Positions 36,545-49,699 are shown, numbered from the stretch's first letter. The stretch is 64,000 nucleotides of DNA from Octopus sinensis (GCF_006345805.1 NW_021835988.1:310001-374000), one strand, 5' to 3'. Translations and numbers: made by a program. Notes: a model not told the origin generated them from the letters alone.

Positions 36545-37438
36545 TTGTATCTTCTTGTCCATAAGATTCTTGAAAAATCGCCCGGATCTCGTTTGGACTC
36601 TGATATTAATTCTGCACTTTTGCTTTGGAAGGAAAAAGGGCTTGAGTTCCCTTCTGATAGGTCCCTCCAACGTGAATGGGATAAAATTCTTAGTAAGCAT
36701 CATGCGGACTCGTTGGAGGCTCTCCTGAACCAGCACAGACTGGCTTGTTACCGTGCCAGCCGCCAACCGCATTCTGGCTCTTGGCTTAACTGCCTTCCTT
36801 CGACCCATTTGGACACCTGTCTTGACTCCGACGCCCTCCGTTTTGGCATTTGCCTCCGCCTCGGACTTCCGATCTGTAGTCCCCACCCCTGCCGGTGCGG
36901 ATCTACTATGGACGTATACGGGCTCCATGCCCTCTCCTGCAAGAAAAGCGCGGGTCGTATTCCACGCCATTCGGCGATTAACAGAATCATTCTCGACTCA
37001 CTCGAAAAGGCCGGCTACCCTTCTGTCCTTGAGCCTAAGGGTCTCGACCGTAGTGACGGGAAAAGGCCGGACGGCTCTACGTTGTTCTCGTTTTATTCTG
37101 GGAGACCTTTGGTCTGGGATTCCACTTGTGTGGATACCTTCTCAAAGTCTTTCATCAACGAATCGGCCTCTCTTGCTGGGTCTCGTGCTAATAAGGCTGA
37201 GCTTTCGAAGTGCCGGAAATATCAGTCTTTGATGGATGACTTTTGGTTTTGGCCAATCGTTGTCGAGACTTCCGGCGTCTTTGGCTCCGGGACCCTCACT
37301 TCCCTAAAGAAACTGGGACATCTTTGTTCTTCGCGGTCCAAGGACCCTAGGGAATTTACTTTCCTCATTCAGAGGATCCTGCTGGCTGTCATGCGTGGCA
37401 ACAGCTGTTCCCTCCGTCTCGCTGGGAGAATTTATTAG
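36545..37438 (+). mobile_element. CRE endonuclease region, different subfamily, open ORF
   Basis: HPCRCG...HALSC, DGKRPDG, QRILLAVMRGN. Confidence 0.9.
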
Positions 37439-37473
37439 TTTGTTGACTTTACTTAGTATTAATTAAGTAATTT

Positions 37474-37738
37474 TGGAAACAAAATAACAGATTATTTTCG
37501 TGTAATAGAATAAAAATTTTTTTCTACTTGAAAAATACTCTAATTATCAATAAAATTAGTGGAAAACATGTTTAAATGTTCTTAAAAATACTTTATTTAT
37601 TTATAAATTAATGAAAAATATGCTAAAACTATTAAAATTTTTATAAAAATAAAGAAAATTTCAGACCTCCATTTTTGGGGAAACCTCTATTTTTGGGGCA
37701 ATTTTTCAAAATTGATGCCCCAAATGGAGGTTATACTG
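37474..37738 (+). mobile_element. Solo 3' end of the 21145-22703 pogo family
   Basis: Reverse complement of 21145-21410, ending ggaggttatactg|ta. Confidence 0.9.
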
Positions 37739-37819
37739 TACTTAAAAATGAAAATTGAATTTTACTTTAAAAAATTTGGATTTTTTTAATTTTCTTTAAT
37801 TTAAAAAAATTGGCGCCTG

Positions 37820-38200
37820 TTTGGGCTAGAAAAGAATCAAAATAATAGAAAAATCAAGATAAACAATAAAATAATAGAAAGATATAAATTAAAAAAGTCT
37901 TTATGAATGCATATTAATTAATTGATAAAATGAATACAAATTCACTTGCAAAATATACTTTATGCAAGATATTTTACCAGTAATCAATTTAATTAATAGT
38001 CAAACAAATAAAAAAACACAAAAATTATAAAATTAAAACATAAAAGCATGAAAAAATAAAATAAGAATTAACTGCATACATGCACAACAAAAGAAAATAA
38101 TATAACGTGCGTAATAATTTATTGTAGTTAATTCGATAAATTAAAAACATTTAAAAAATAAAATAAATAACATTTAATGTCATCAATCTTTATTAATTCA
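37820..38200. repeat. Dispersed AT-rich repeat, copy 4
   Basis: Closest to copies 5 and 6. Confidence 0.85.
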
Positions 38201-38884
38201 GCTCGTCAATTGTAAGGGAAAAAAGAAATTGTTCTACAAGGATTTTTTTCTGTAAAATAGGAAAAATGCCGGAATTTCCAAATCCCTAGATACAAAATTG
38301 TTGTAGTCAGCGAATATTAGTTCCACAAAATGACTATTTAAGATATGCAATTCTTTTCTAACGTCCTTTAACGTGGCTTTCAAATAGATTGCAAGGAGAA
38401 CTGCCGGAAGAGAGTCCTCTTAAGAAGTATTAATCCTGGTGGAAAATTTATCCGAATAGTGTCTCCTCATTTCCTTAGCGAGACTCGTATAAGCCAGCAG
38501 GAAAGGCACAATTCTCAAAGAGTCTTGTACTTCTGAAATATGGCCGTTAGCCAACGATAACTTTATACTACAGCGTTTGATCATATTTAATGGATAATAG
38601 TAAATTCTATTTAAAAATCACAATAGCACTTAAATAACAAAAAGGAGACGAGCGGCATAATTAGGGCCAAGTGGAAAAGGATTCTTCCGGTCATTGAAAA
38701 GCTGAAAGAAAACTAATGATAACAAAGAAACCAGCATCTTGAGAGGTAACTCGTTTGCTATTTGCAGTGCGGCCACTGGAGAATCCTAACTTCATAATAT
38801 GTATTGACTCCCAAATAATTAACTGTCAAAAAAACAAAAACGGGTTAAAAAGGTAAGAATTTTAAGCAGTTTCATGAATAAAAA

Positions 38885-38955
38885 TGCGCATGCAGGGAAT
38901 CGAACCCGGGTCGCTCGCATGGCAAGCGAACATGATACCCCTACACCACAGGCGC
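38885..38955 (-). tRNA. trnG: tRNA-Gly (GCC), possibly degenerate
   Basis: Anticodon arm TTCGC-TTGCCAT-GCGAG and TTCGATT loop; one C:T mismatch in the acceptor stem and one in the T stem; T run downstream. Confidence 0.8.
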
Positions 38956-38979
38956 TTTTATGATTTGTTTGGTATTTTA

Positions 38980-40573
38980 CGATCTGGATTATTCTAAAGT
39001 TTAGAAATGAAATATCATATTGTGATGGTGATTTCATCAAGCAATGCCTTGTAAAAACAGCGAATATTATTTGTCCAGACGACGCCCACTTGTTTAAAGA
39101 TATTTCATTAACAAGAAACACTGTTGCCGAACACATTAATAAAATGTCATTGAATTTGAAAAACCAATTAAAGTCTGATTTGTTAAAATTCGAATATTTT
39201 TCAATTGCAATCGATGAAACAGTCGACGTCGTTGGAATTGCACAATTAGCATTCTTTATAAGAGCGTGTGATTCAGATTTTAATATTTATGAAGAATTTA
39301 TCGAACTAGTACCAATGCACGATACTACTACAAGTAAAGATATCTTTATAAAACTACTACAAATTCTCTTTGAATATGGGTTTGATTTGAAGAAGCTTGT
39401 ATGTTTATGCACTGATGGTGCTCCGAATATGGTTTGACGACATGCTGGCGTTGCCGCTAAATTGCGAGCTGAAATAGAAAAGGTAAATCCCGGGTCATCA
39501 TTTGTTCATTTTTATTGTATTATTCATCAGCAATATTTGTGCTCAAAAATATTAAAAATGGAAAATACCATTAGTTTGGTCACGAAAACAGTAAACTATA
39601 TCAGAGGTCATCCCCTCAACCATCGGCAGTTTAGTAAACTGCTGACAGATATTAATAATCAGTTCAGCGACATTCCTTTTTATACTCCAGTCCGCTGGTT
39701 ATCACTTTACAAAGTTGTTAAAAGATTTTATTTGTTGAGATCGGAAATAATTTTATTTATGGAGATGAAAGGGCAAAACACAGACGGAATGAAAAGTCAA
39801 TCTTGGAACAAAGATTTGGCATTTGCAGTGGATATTACCACACATATGAACGACCTTAATTTAGAATTGCAGGCTAAAGACAAGGTCATAACTCAGTTGT
39901 CAGATCATATCAAGTGTTTTATTTCGAAAATAAAATTATGGAAGTTTCAGCTATTAAATGAAGATTTATCTCATTTTCCTACGTGCAAAGAGCTCAGGAG
40001 TACTGTTGATGCACATAATGTAATGAATTTTTCTCAGTATGAAAGACAACTAGAATCGTTGTTAAAGGAATTTCAAGAAAGATTTAATGATTTTTCGTCT
40101 TTTGAACAACAATTTTCATTATTCGCATCACCATTCTCTTTTAATGTTTCCAATGCAGATGAAAGTTTACAAATGGAACTATTGGAAATCCAATCAGATT
40201 CTATACTTAAAGCTAAATATTTGGAGGTTGGAATACCTGCTTTCTTTTCATATCTTCCTGGAAAGTTTAAAAACTTTAAAAAGTTTGCAACAAAAATCAT
40301 TGCTATGTTTGGTTTGACATATGTGTGTGAACAGCTTTTTTCATTTATGAAAATGACAAAAACTGCTCAAAGAACAAGACTAACTGATGAACATTTATCC
40401 TCTTTAATAAAAGTCGGAACTACACGAATAGCTCAGCCTGACATATCAAAAATTGTATCTAAAAAAGATGTGAATCCTCTGGAAGCAGCTCTTACCAAAA
40501 TTAGAATGCGGCCCTCGAAGCGAAATTGTTACAAAATGCGGCCCTCAAAGCGAAATGAGTTTGACACCCCCTG
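38980..40573 (+). mobile_element. 5'-truncated hAT transposon (GTF2IRD2-like)
   Basis: SIAIDET, CTDGAP, YCIIH, VRWLS, GLTYVCEQLFS; right end gagtttgacaccccctg at 40557-40573. Confidence 0.88.
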
Positions 40574-41699
40574 TTATACGGCATTCCGTTACACACCTAC
40601 ACACAAAATCGACATGGACTACAATCAGAAGGGACTCAAATAGAAATTACATAAAAATATAATATTTATAATTTTGAGACAGTAAAATTTTAATTAAAGA
40701 CTACATTAACAATTATTTCTTATGTGTATACATTTTTTTGGGACACGCTGTACAATCAAATAGACTTCATTCTTTGCAAAGATGCCCATAAACATTTGCT
40801 TGCTTGATGCGCTGTCATACGGGGGACTGGAGACAAAAGTCACAACAAGCTAATAATCACTACCGTCGGACTGTATAAGATATACAACCGACTATAAAAA
40901 CTTACCGATGACAACCAAGAAGTGACAACAAAAATGGCAAATATGTCTGATATATCCCTGAAGGAATAGACAGAGCATGCTGCATCAAATTTTAACATCG
41001 GCGGTAAAATAAAGTCCTCGTTGAGGTTCATTCTTTTCGAAGCTGTGGTGATCATAGGGTTATATATCATTTGGCCGTATGTCAGCAAGATACATGCATA
41101 ATAGAGTGGACAGTATATTGGTTTACCAAAGGATGTGGGGATTCAAAGAAAATGAAAACAACATGTGTTCATGGAACATATCACAAGATTCTGAAGGAGA
41201 CTGACCATGAATTTACAGTTTTCAACAACCTATTTATGCAAAACGGGTTTTTCTAAGCTGGATAATATGAAATGTAACAATCGTGAAAGTTTGAGAAACA
41301 TTAATTTTTTACTGTGTGCCGTAATACACCCGTTTAGTGTAAAGTGTGCGTAGCAGAAGGCAATGTTATGCAAAACTTGCCTCAATGCAGGGAACTTATT
41401 TCATGCGTTGAGCGAATACGCCATCTCGAATCGAGTGAGTACAATGAAATAAACCTTATTGTCCGAAGAGAACTCCGAGAAAATCACGTCCACGTTTTGG
41501 CGAGCAATAAGGAGAAATTATACTTAAAAAGATCAAATTTAAAGTCCTTCACAAGACTCTCTTTAGCGGCCTGGGTAACCCGCACATTGAACGTGGCTGA
41601 AATATAGAAATAAATCTCCCGATCAGAAGGATTGTTCTCATATTTGCAGGACAGAAACTTTTGTAGTAGTCAACGGAAACAATGTAAAAATAAGGCGTT

Positions 41700-41950
41700 G
41701 ACGAATTAGACACGAAGTGCGAAACCAACGAGTTCAATTGGTGTGAAAACTCGAAGGTTTGCATTAAGGTGGATAACCCAATACACACATCGATTGTGGT
41801 CCACAATAAGGTCACCGGGGAGATTGTTATCGTGGAGATGGGCATCACGTGCCTAGACCGTTTGCAAACAGTGGAAGTGGAGAAAAGGACCAAGTATGAC
41901 CTCCTTGTAAACAAACTAGGACTGATGCACCAGTGTCATCACACACGGGA
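41700..41950 (+). mobile_element. R2-group REL endonuclease fragment
   Basis: IVEMGIT...EKRTKYDLL. Confidence 0.7.
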
Positions 41951-42169
41951 TGACATGGAAGAAGAGGAAAGAAAAAAGGTGCGCGGGATGCCATCTTCTG
42001 TTCACTTCAAAAGCGTTGGATTTATAAATAAAATTTAAATTTTATTGACCTTAATTTACTGTTAATGGATTCACATAATCAAAATGCTTCTGAATATTCA
42101 ATCGAACCAGCGATGGTTCGCCGACAAATAATATCTAACTCGAATAGTTTACCGAAAGAAAGGGGAATC

Positions 42170-42680
42170 CTTAAAGTAGTTGATTTGATATTTATTTAGA
42201 TATATCTTGCCAACTGTAAAACATGGAAAATGTAAAACAATGGTTTGGGGATGTATCTCATACAACGGAGTGGGGAATTTAGTTTTTTTTGATGGTACGT
42301 TAAACAGTGGACGATATGTGAATTTGTTGACGAATAACCTGATAGAATCTGCAGCAAAAATGAATTTAACGGATTTCACATTCCAACAGGACAATGCTCC
42401 CTGCCACAAAGCAAAAATTGTGACGGAATATTTCAACGAAAATCAAATCAAAGTTCTTTCATGGCCGGCCCAGTCACCTGATCTCAATCCCATTGAGCAC
42501 GTCTGGGCATATATGAAAAGAAAAATAGATGAAAAAACCCCAACATGTCACAATGACCTAAAAGAGGAAATTATCCAAATTTGGAGATCAATCCCGATAG
42601 AGTTCATACAAAAACTAATTTTACCAATGAAGGATAGAAGCTACGCAGTGTATAATGCCAAAGGAGGCAATTCTAGATAC
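42170..42680 (+). mobile_element. Tc1 transposase C-terminal half
   Basis: PTVKHG...MVWGC, QQDNAPCH, WPAQSPDLNPIEHVW. Confidence 0.88.
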
Positions 42681-42868
42681 TTATTATTGATTATTTTTGT
42701 CTGTCCGGTTTCTTTTGTCGCACCTCTTAATTATTTATGCTTTAAATTTAATGTACAAATTACTGCTTCAAATCTTCTTTCCGATTCTGTTTTCACTTCA
42801 AATAAAACTGATTGTAAAATCACTAATAAGAATCTTGTTTTTTTCGTTATTTTGTCGTTCATTTCTTA

Positions 42869-44340
42869 ATGAAGAGTGAGCACTGTCTAAAGCAGATTCC
42901 AGCCTTCAAAGACGCCCTTATGATATCCTCTCGGCTCGGCCACATCGGGTTATCCTTGAATCCGTCAAAGTGTGAGCTGACTAATCTTTACGTGGCCTCT
43001 TTCGATGAAATCCACAGAAACTTTACCTCACTCATTCCTGAAATCAGAATAACCCAAAAGGAAGACCTCATTATTCTCGGCTCTCCTCTCCACGGTCAGG
43101 CAACGGAAAAAATTTTGATGGAAAAGACATCAAATATGGAACAAGCAGCGAGTCGGTTATCCCAGCTAGATGCACATGAAGCCTTGTTCCTCTTGAAGAA
43201 TTTTTTATCCATTCCAAAAATTCTGTATATCCTCCGTTCATCTCCATGTTTCCTTCATCCTAAACATCTTGGGTCAATAGACTCTATCATTCGTCGTCAT
43301 GCCGAACTTATTTGTAATGTGCAACTTGATGATCTCGCATGGAAACAAGCTTCCCTACCTATTCGTATGGGAGATATCGGTCTCCGTTCACCTACCGACT
43401 TGGCTCTTCCAGCCTATTTGGCCTCACGATCATTTTGTGGTCCCCTCATCGGCGTCATTCTCAAGTCTTTAAATGAATGTACCCCGTGTCGGTGGATGCA
43501 AAACGGCCTCGAGTCTTGGAGCAGTCATGGTCTGAGATTCCCCGAAGTGGAATCTTCACAGAGACATTGGGACGAAATCTGGTGCAGGGAGACTTACAGA
43601 GTTATCGAACTTTTTTTTTTTTTATCGAACTGTGCATGGACCAAGAACGGATCATATGTCTCAGATCGGGTGCACAACCCAATTCTGGCTCCTGGATAAG
43701 CGCTTGTCCTATTGCGTCTACCGGCTGTAAACTGGACGACGATACCATTAGGATCGGCCAATGTCTACGTCTCGGCTTACCGATGTGCACCCCACACCCC
43801 TGCAAATGTGGAAAGAGGATTGGTCCATTGGGAAGGCACCCACTTTCTTGCACTCGTAGCGCCGGTCGTTTTCCCCGACATTCCGCCGCCAATGACATCA
43901 TCAAAAGGGCCATGGACGCTGCCGGATTCCACTCTCAACTCGAACCAGCTGGTCTCGATAGAGGAGATGGCAAACGCCCAGACGGCGTAACCATCTACCC
44001 GTACACGAAAGGGAAAGCACTTGTTTGGGATTTTACCTGCCCTGACACGTTTGGACCTTCTTCATTCGGAAGTTGGGCATCCTTTCCTGGCTCTGCTGCA
44101 AAACGTTCTGAAGAGTTGAAGAAAAAAAAATACTCTTTCCTGGCAGACAGATATCTTTTCCAGCAGATCGCTGTGGAGACTTCCGGAGTCTTTGGATCAG
44201 AGAGTTTTTCGTTCATTCGAAGATTGGGTGGTCTAATCACCAAAAAAAACAGGTGATCCGCGGGAGACGTCGTGGCTCTTCCAGAGGATTTCGCGTGCAA
44301 TTGTCCGCGGAAATTCACACGCTATCCTGAGGTCATTCTA
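42869..44340 (+). mobile_element. CRE RT C-terminus plus endonuclease, interrupted by a poly(T) insert at 43612-43621
   Basis: [45 protein letters not shown]. Confidence 0.9.
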
Positions 44341-44499
44341 AAATAATTGATTAAAACAATTTTTGACAAAAAAAAATTTTATAATAAAAAAAAATGTACA
44401 AATTGAAAAAAATTTAAATTAAAAATGTAAAAAATTGTTTTTCGTGTAAATTAATGTACAAAGGGTGATTTATGTGAAAAAAGTTTTAAAATGACTTAA

Positions 44500-45010
44500 A
44501 ATAATGGAAATTTTGGCTTGTCCGGTTACTTTTGTCGTGCACTGTATATTTATCAGTTTCGGCATCCCGCAGTCGAAACACATCGGTGGTAGCTGCAATG
44601 AATAAATATGGGATGTTATTCCATAAAATTCATGATAAGGCAGTTAACGCAGAAGATTTCAAAACCGTTTTACTAGAAATAAAAACATTATGTTTATCGA
44701 AAGATATTACTAATCCTATTTTTATTATGGATAATGCGAGGATTCATCACTACCGTGGACTGGAAAATGATACTGAAGTATCAACTAATCAGGAAATTTT
44801 TGCTACTATACTGTCCATTTTTAAATCATATTGAAAATGTTTTTTCAGTATGGAAAAACTTGGTAGTCCGTCGTAAAGCCAAGAATGAAAAAGATCTTAG
44901 ATGCCTAATTACATCTAAATTCAACGAAATAACAAGTGAACATTGCGGATCCTTCTACAGAAAGATGTTAACGTATTTGAATAAATGCTCAAATTCTGAA
45001 GTAATTTAAG
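44500..45010 (+). mobile_element. IS630/Tc1-superfamily DDE fragment
   Basis: FIMDNARIHH; YCPFLNHIENVFSVWK. Confidence 0.75.
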
Positions 45011-45247
45011 AATAACGATAATTTACTCTTGATCTTTTTTTCTTTGAATTTCCATAATAAAAATAGGATTATTTGTCGGCAAACCATCACATCATTAGAT
45101 ATTATTTGTCGGCGAACCATCGCCGAGATTTATCACCAAATAAGTGTGTCTTCAACATCGCCAATGGCTGTCAGTACCTGGAAAAGAAAGAGGCGAGCTT
45201 GCCTACCAGCATCACTTTGCGAATAAAGAATGTAACGACTAGAAACA

Positions 45248-45750
45248 AAGTTTAATTAATTAAAAAAGACTAGAAAAAGATCAAATATTAGAAAAATCAG
45301 AATAGTAGAAAAGATCAGAATATTATAAAAAATCAGAATAAAGAATAAAATGTTAGAAAGAAATAAATTTAAAAAAGTCTATATAAATGCATATTAATTA
45401 ATTGATAAAATGAATACAAATTCACTTGCAAAATATACTTTATGCAAGATATTTTACCAGCAATCAATTTAATTAATAGTCAAACAAATAAAAAAACAAA
45501 AAATTATAAAATTAAAACATAAAAGCACGAAAAAATAAAATAAGAATTAACTGCATACACGCACAACAAAAGAAAATAATATAACGTGCGTAATAATTTA
45601 TCGTAGTTAATTCATAAATTAAAAACATTTAAAAATAAAATAAATAACATTTAATGTCAAATTCTGTTTTAATTCTGATCGGAACGTCGCATGGCTTAAA
45701 AAATAATAATAACCTACGACGTGGTGGCGTTTCACGATAAATGTGAAAAA
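45248..45750. repeat. Dispersed AT-rich repeat, copy 5
   Basis: Boundaries aagtttaattaattaaaaa and aaatgtgaaaaa shared with copy 6. Confidence 0.9.
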
Positions 45751-45779
45751 TCAGCTGTCAGAAAAAATTTACGGTTTCA

Positions 45780-46466
45780 CTCGAAATGAGATTGAAAATG
45801 TTTTTAAAAACTGTTTTTGTCAGGTATAATTTATCTTTATTTGTGTCGTATGTATGGATTAAACGAAGCAGGAAATTGAAAGGACATTTGGTTGTGGCAA
45901 TAATGTCGACCCAAAATGTCGAAATCAGAGTTGACACGTCAATTATGACTGAAACGAAAGTCCAATTCAATAAATCGGATATTTTCGTTTATGAAAATAG
46001 GAAAAAGGAAATTGATTTAATCGAAGTGAGAATTACCTCGCAAGACCGTTTAAAGCAAGTTGAAATGGAGAAATTTCACAAATATGACTTGTTTGCAAAC
46101 AAACTGTCGGTTTTCAATGAAGCAAAAGTGAAGATTATTTTAATTGTCTTAACATAAGACGGAGTTGTCTCAAAGTTCTTTAAAAGTCATGTGGACAAGT
46201 TATCCATTGAAGAAGAAACGAGGACATAAATCCAGTCGGTTGTGGTTAAGAGGACGCCAGAGAGTATGCTTATCGAGTACAGACATGGGATGAAGGTAGA
46301 CAGCGAGGAATACGCCTGTGCCGCCAATCAACTTGCGGAGCTGGCATGTCGTGAGGACACTCAGTTGAATAAAATCATTGACGCAGAAATAGAAAATGAA
46401 AGGAAGTTTACGGAAAACTCTTCTTCCAAGCGAAGAAAAGAAATCACTGAAGATTTGGATTTTTAA
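45780..46466 (+). mobile_element. R2-group REL element 3' region
   Basis: RVDT...FNKSDIFV...LIEVRIT...KYDLF; related copy at 49700-50080. Confidence 0.8.
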
Positions 46467-46922
46467 TTAGATAATTTAAAATAGAATTGACATCTTAGTA
46501 AATATATGTTTTCTAGTGAGGTATAATAATAAAAATAAGACGATTAGTCAAAGAGATTGATGACAACAAAAACTCATATTACGCCAATCATTGCGAGAGG
46601 CCTGCGTGATAGATACATAGCCGATCTCATTAACTTATGGAGATATTTGGAATTAAAAGATTGAAATTCCTGATTATTAGCATACGGTCAAACCTCTATT
46701 GGTCGCCATCTCTATTGCTCGCCACATTTTTTCCAAAAAATTGAGAATTTCTAAAGAAACCTCTATTGCTCGCCAAATTCTAAATCTCGCAACTATTTTT
46801 AATTATTAAAAAATTTTTTTTGGTTAAACTGACTTTAAACATTGTATTATCTTATTTTCTGTGTATCTTATTGTATTGTCTTATTTTCTGTGTATCCTAT
46901 TGTATTCTATTCTAATCTATTC

Positions 46923-47531
46923 ATGGAAAAAGTAGATAATCCCACATGCCTTTCTTGCAAGAAATCGAACAGAGGAAAACGTGGAATTAATTGCTCGACC
47001 TGTGAGAATTTTTTCCATCTCTCTTGTATTGGTCTCAAGGGGAAGCAGGCATCTGCCCTCCAGACGTGGAATTGCCCTTCGTGCGTAGTTCCTGGATGGT
47101 GTCCACCTCCCTTTGCCCTTCCCGTCTCTGATGCAGAGGATTTTCTGCGATATCTGTCCGCTTTGCGACGGTGCAGGTACATCCCCGTCAGGATTCCGAA
47201 GGCAGTCAGGTTACTTGCTGCAGAGAGTCTTGCCACCTTGATTGGAAATGCCACGAAGAAATACTCCGACGCCCTTTCGTGGGCAAAACTATTCCTCTTT
47301 CCCGTCTACGCTTTGGAACTGACGGAAGCCAGTTCGCGGAGACATCGTCCTTTGATACTGTCCAGCAGATATTGTCGTGGGACAAGCGCTGCCAGCTGGG
47401 CATATGAAGGAACGATGCAGGCGATATTTCCGAAGCGGAGATTCTGGCAGCGATCTCCCGAAATAAAAACACTGCAGCGGGTCTGGACCGGATCCCTATG
47501 GCTATCTTTAAGAAGGCCCCTCCGTTGTTGA
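46923..47531 (+). mobile_element. N-terminus of a CRE-like ORF with a PHD finger
   Basis: CLSC...CSTC...HLSC...WNCPSC (C4HC3) followed by RIPKAVR...WAKLFLFP, the pre-RT region typical of CRE-like ORFs. Confidence 0.7.
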
Positions 47532-47960
47532 TCACCGCCTTACAGGCCCTGTTTAGCGGGAGCTTGCGACTTGGGACGATCCCCTCTAGATGGAAAGTGG
47601 CCTAGGTAATCCTTATCGGAAAACCCAGGATGCCTCATGATGTCCCCGGGGGATACAGACCTATTTCCTTGCTTCCCGCTGTAATTATGACGATCTTACA
47701 CCAAATACATTTAATACTATATTCGATTATATTTTGAAACAATTTGAAGAGCGATTTAACGAATTTAAAAAAATTGAACTCTAACTTCAATTAACTGCAG
47801 CACCACATACTGTTTCGATTGAGAATGTGCCATTGGAATTTCAAATTGAATTATTGAAATTAAAAATGATTTAATTTTGATAAATAAATTTAATAAAAGC
47901 GAAGATTTGTTGAATGTATGGAAATCAGCGACAGATTATCCAAATTTACGTGAAATCGCA
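47530..47960 (+). mobile_element. LINE RT fragment followed by a hAT C-terminal fragment
   Basis: RWKVA...YRPISLLP, then FEERFNEF...ELLKL...YPNLREIA. Confidence 0.6.
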
Positions 47961-48137
47961 CCCCTGTCTTAGGGAAAACAGTTTCTCAATTCTATCCAGT
48001 CGATCATCAGACACACAAGAATAAATGTATTTTTTATTTTAGATACGTACAAACGGGCACTCTCTTCGAAAAGTGCTTGCACTGATCATCATGAACTGAA
48101 TAAAACTGCCTGTTGACAAATACCTGTCTGCCAGGAG

Positions 48138-48650
48138 AAGTTTAATTAATTAAAAATAATAGAAGATCAAAATATTAGAAAAAATCAGAATAGTAGAAAA
48201 GATCAGAATATTATAAAAAAATCAGAATAAAGAATAAAATGTTAGAAAAAATAAATTTAAAAAAGTCTGTATAAATGCATATTAATTAATTGATAAAATG
48301 AATACAAATTCACTCGCAAAATATACTTTATACAAGATATTTTACCAGTAATCAATTTAATTAATAGTCAAACAAATAAAAAAACGAAAATATTGTAAAA
48401 ATTAAACATAAAAGCAAGAAAGAATAAAATAAGAATTAACTACATACACGCACAACAAAAGAAAATAATATAACGTGCGTAGTAATTTATCGTAGTTAAT
48501 TCATAAGATAAAAACATTTAAAAATAAAATAAATAACATTTAATGTCTAAATCTGTTTTAATTCTGCTCGGAACGTAAATTCAAAACACTATAAGATATG
48601 TGGCGTGCCTCACCTACGACGTGGTGGCATTCCACAATAAATGTGAAAAA
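48138..48650. repeat. Dispersed AT-rich repeat, copy 6
   Basis: High similarity to copy 5, with the same two ends. Confidence 0.9.
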
Positions 48651-48659
48651 GAGCCGCAA

Positions 48660-49350
48660 ACTCCCTATCCCTTCTTCATGGAGACGTGGATGGTGTTGTG
48701 CATTTCTACTTATCTCTGGCGTTGTCAAACCAATTTCAGGAACAGCTCTGATTAATGTCCAAGTCAACTCGATGGAATTCGAACAAAGATTATGGAACTT
48801 GGACGATTTTTTCAGTCCAACTCAGTGTATATTGCTTTAATTCAGGAGTCAAAACTTACACACAAAGATTCAACCCCAACTTTCCCTGGATATTCCGTGT
48901 TCCGTAAACTTGGAAAAGCTAGAGGCCTCCTAACCTTTATCCGCAATCAGATTAATGGTATGGACCTATCAAACAAGATATCGGCCATTATGGACATGGA
49001 TTATCCTTTAGAACAAACCACAGTGAAAATAAGTTTGAGATCCTTCCGGATGACGATATATATACCTCCTGCGTCTTCATGTTATAGAGGATATCGTCCT
49101 AAACTTGCAGATTTTATAAGATTGGAAAAAATATTAATATGCGGGGATTTGAATGCAAAAAGCCTTTTATGGTATAAAAACCAACGATTGGACTAAAGAG
49201 GATCTATAATATTGGACAGATGGACAACTTATTAATTCTGAACGACCGGAACAAACATACAAGAACTCCTTCCAGAAATGGTGACTCCCGAACGTCACCT
49301 GATATAACTCTAGCTGCCCCATCCATTGCCCAAACAATCATGTGGGACGT
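48660..49350 (+). mobile_element. LINE APE domain preceded by a decayed 2A-like motif
   Basis: IALIQESKLT, YIPP, ICGDLNAKS, SPDITL; LLISGVVKPISGT at 48706-48744. Confidence 0.75.
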
Positions 49351-49699
49351 TATTTATGACAGCACATCTTCTTAACGATGGCAAGATCTACTGGAGGTCC
49401 CCTTGAAGAGGAGTATCTTGCCTATAAGAATTGTGTTAGAAAATTTGAAAAAACCTTACCCTTTGGACATTGATTAAGAATTCGAGATAAGGAAAAGATA
49501 AAAGGAGACGCACTGACACCGGGATCACTTAATTAGACGATTACTATTCCTCTTTTCTGTGTTCCAGGGGTTAAATAATAATATAAAAATGGGTTTCGTT
49601 GTACTTTCAAAAGCAAATCTTCAAAAAATTTAAAAAATCAAAGAGTTTAGGGATCTTAATGAAGTGATTGAAAAAGTGAAAAACAGATTGAAAATTCAC

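Noticed and set aside
29451-37232. Many overlapping antisense and alternative-frame ORFs over CRE copies
   Set aside because: They are shadows of GC-richer TE coding sequence with no independent motifs.
20030-45010. Bacterial IS630 contamination (20030-20426 and 44500-45010)
   Set aside because: The fragments are embedded among eukaryotic TEs and intron-containing genes, and the IS630/Tc1 superfamily is common in eukaryotes.
645-48650. Calling the six-copy repeat a NUMT
   Set aside because: No recognisable mitochondrial gene motif, TAA stops and indels in frame, and shared boundaries fit a mobile repeat better; kept only as an alternative hypothesis.
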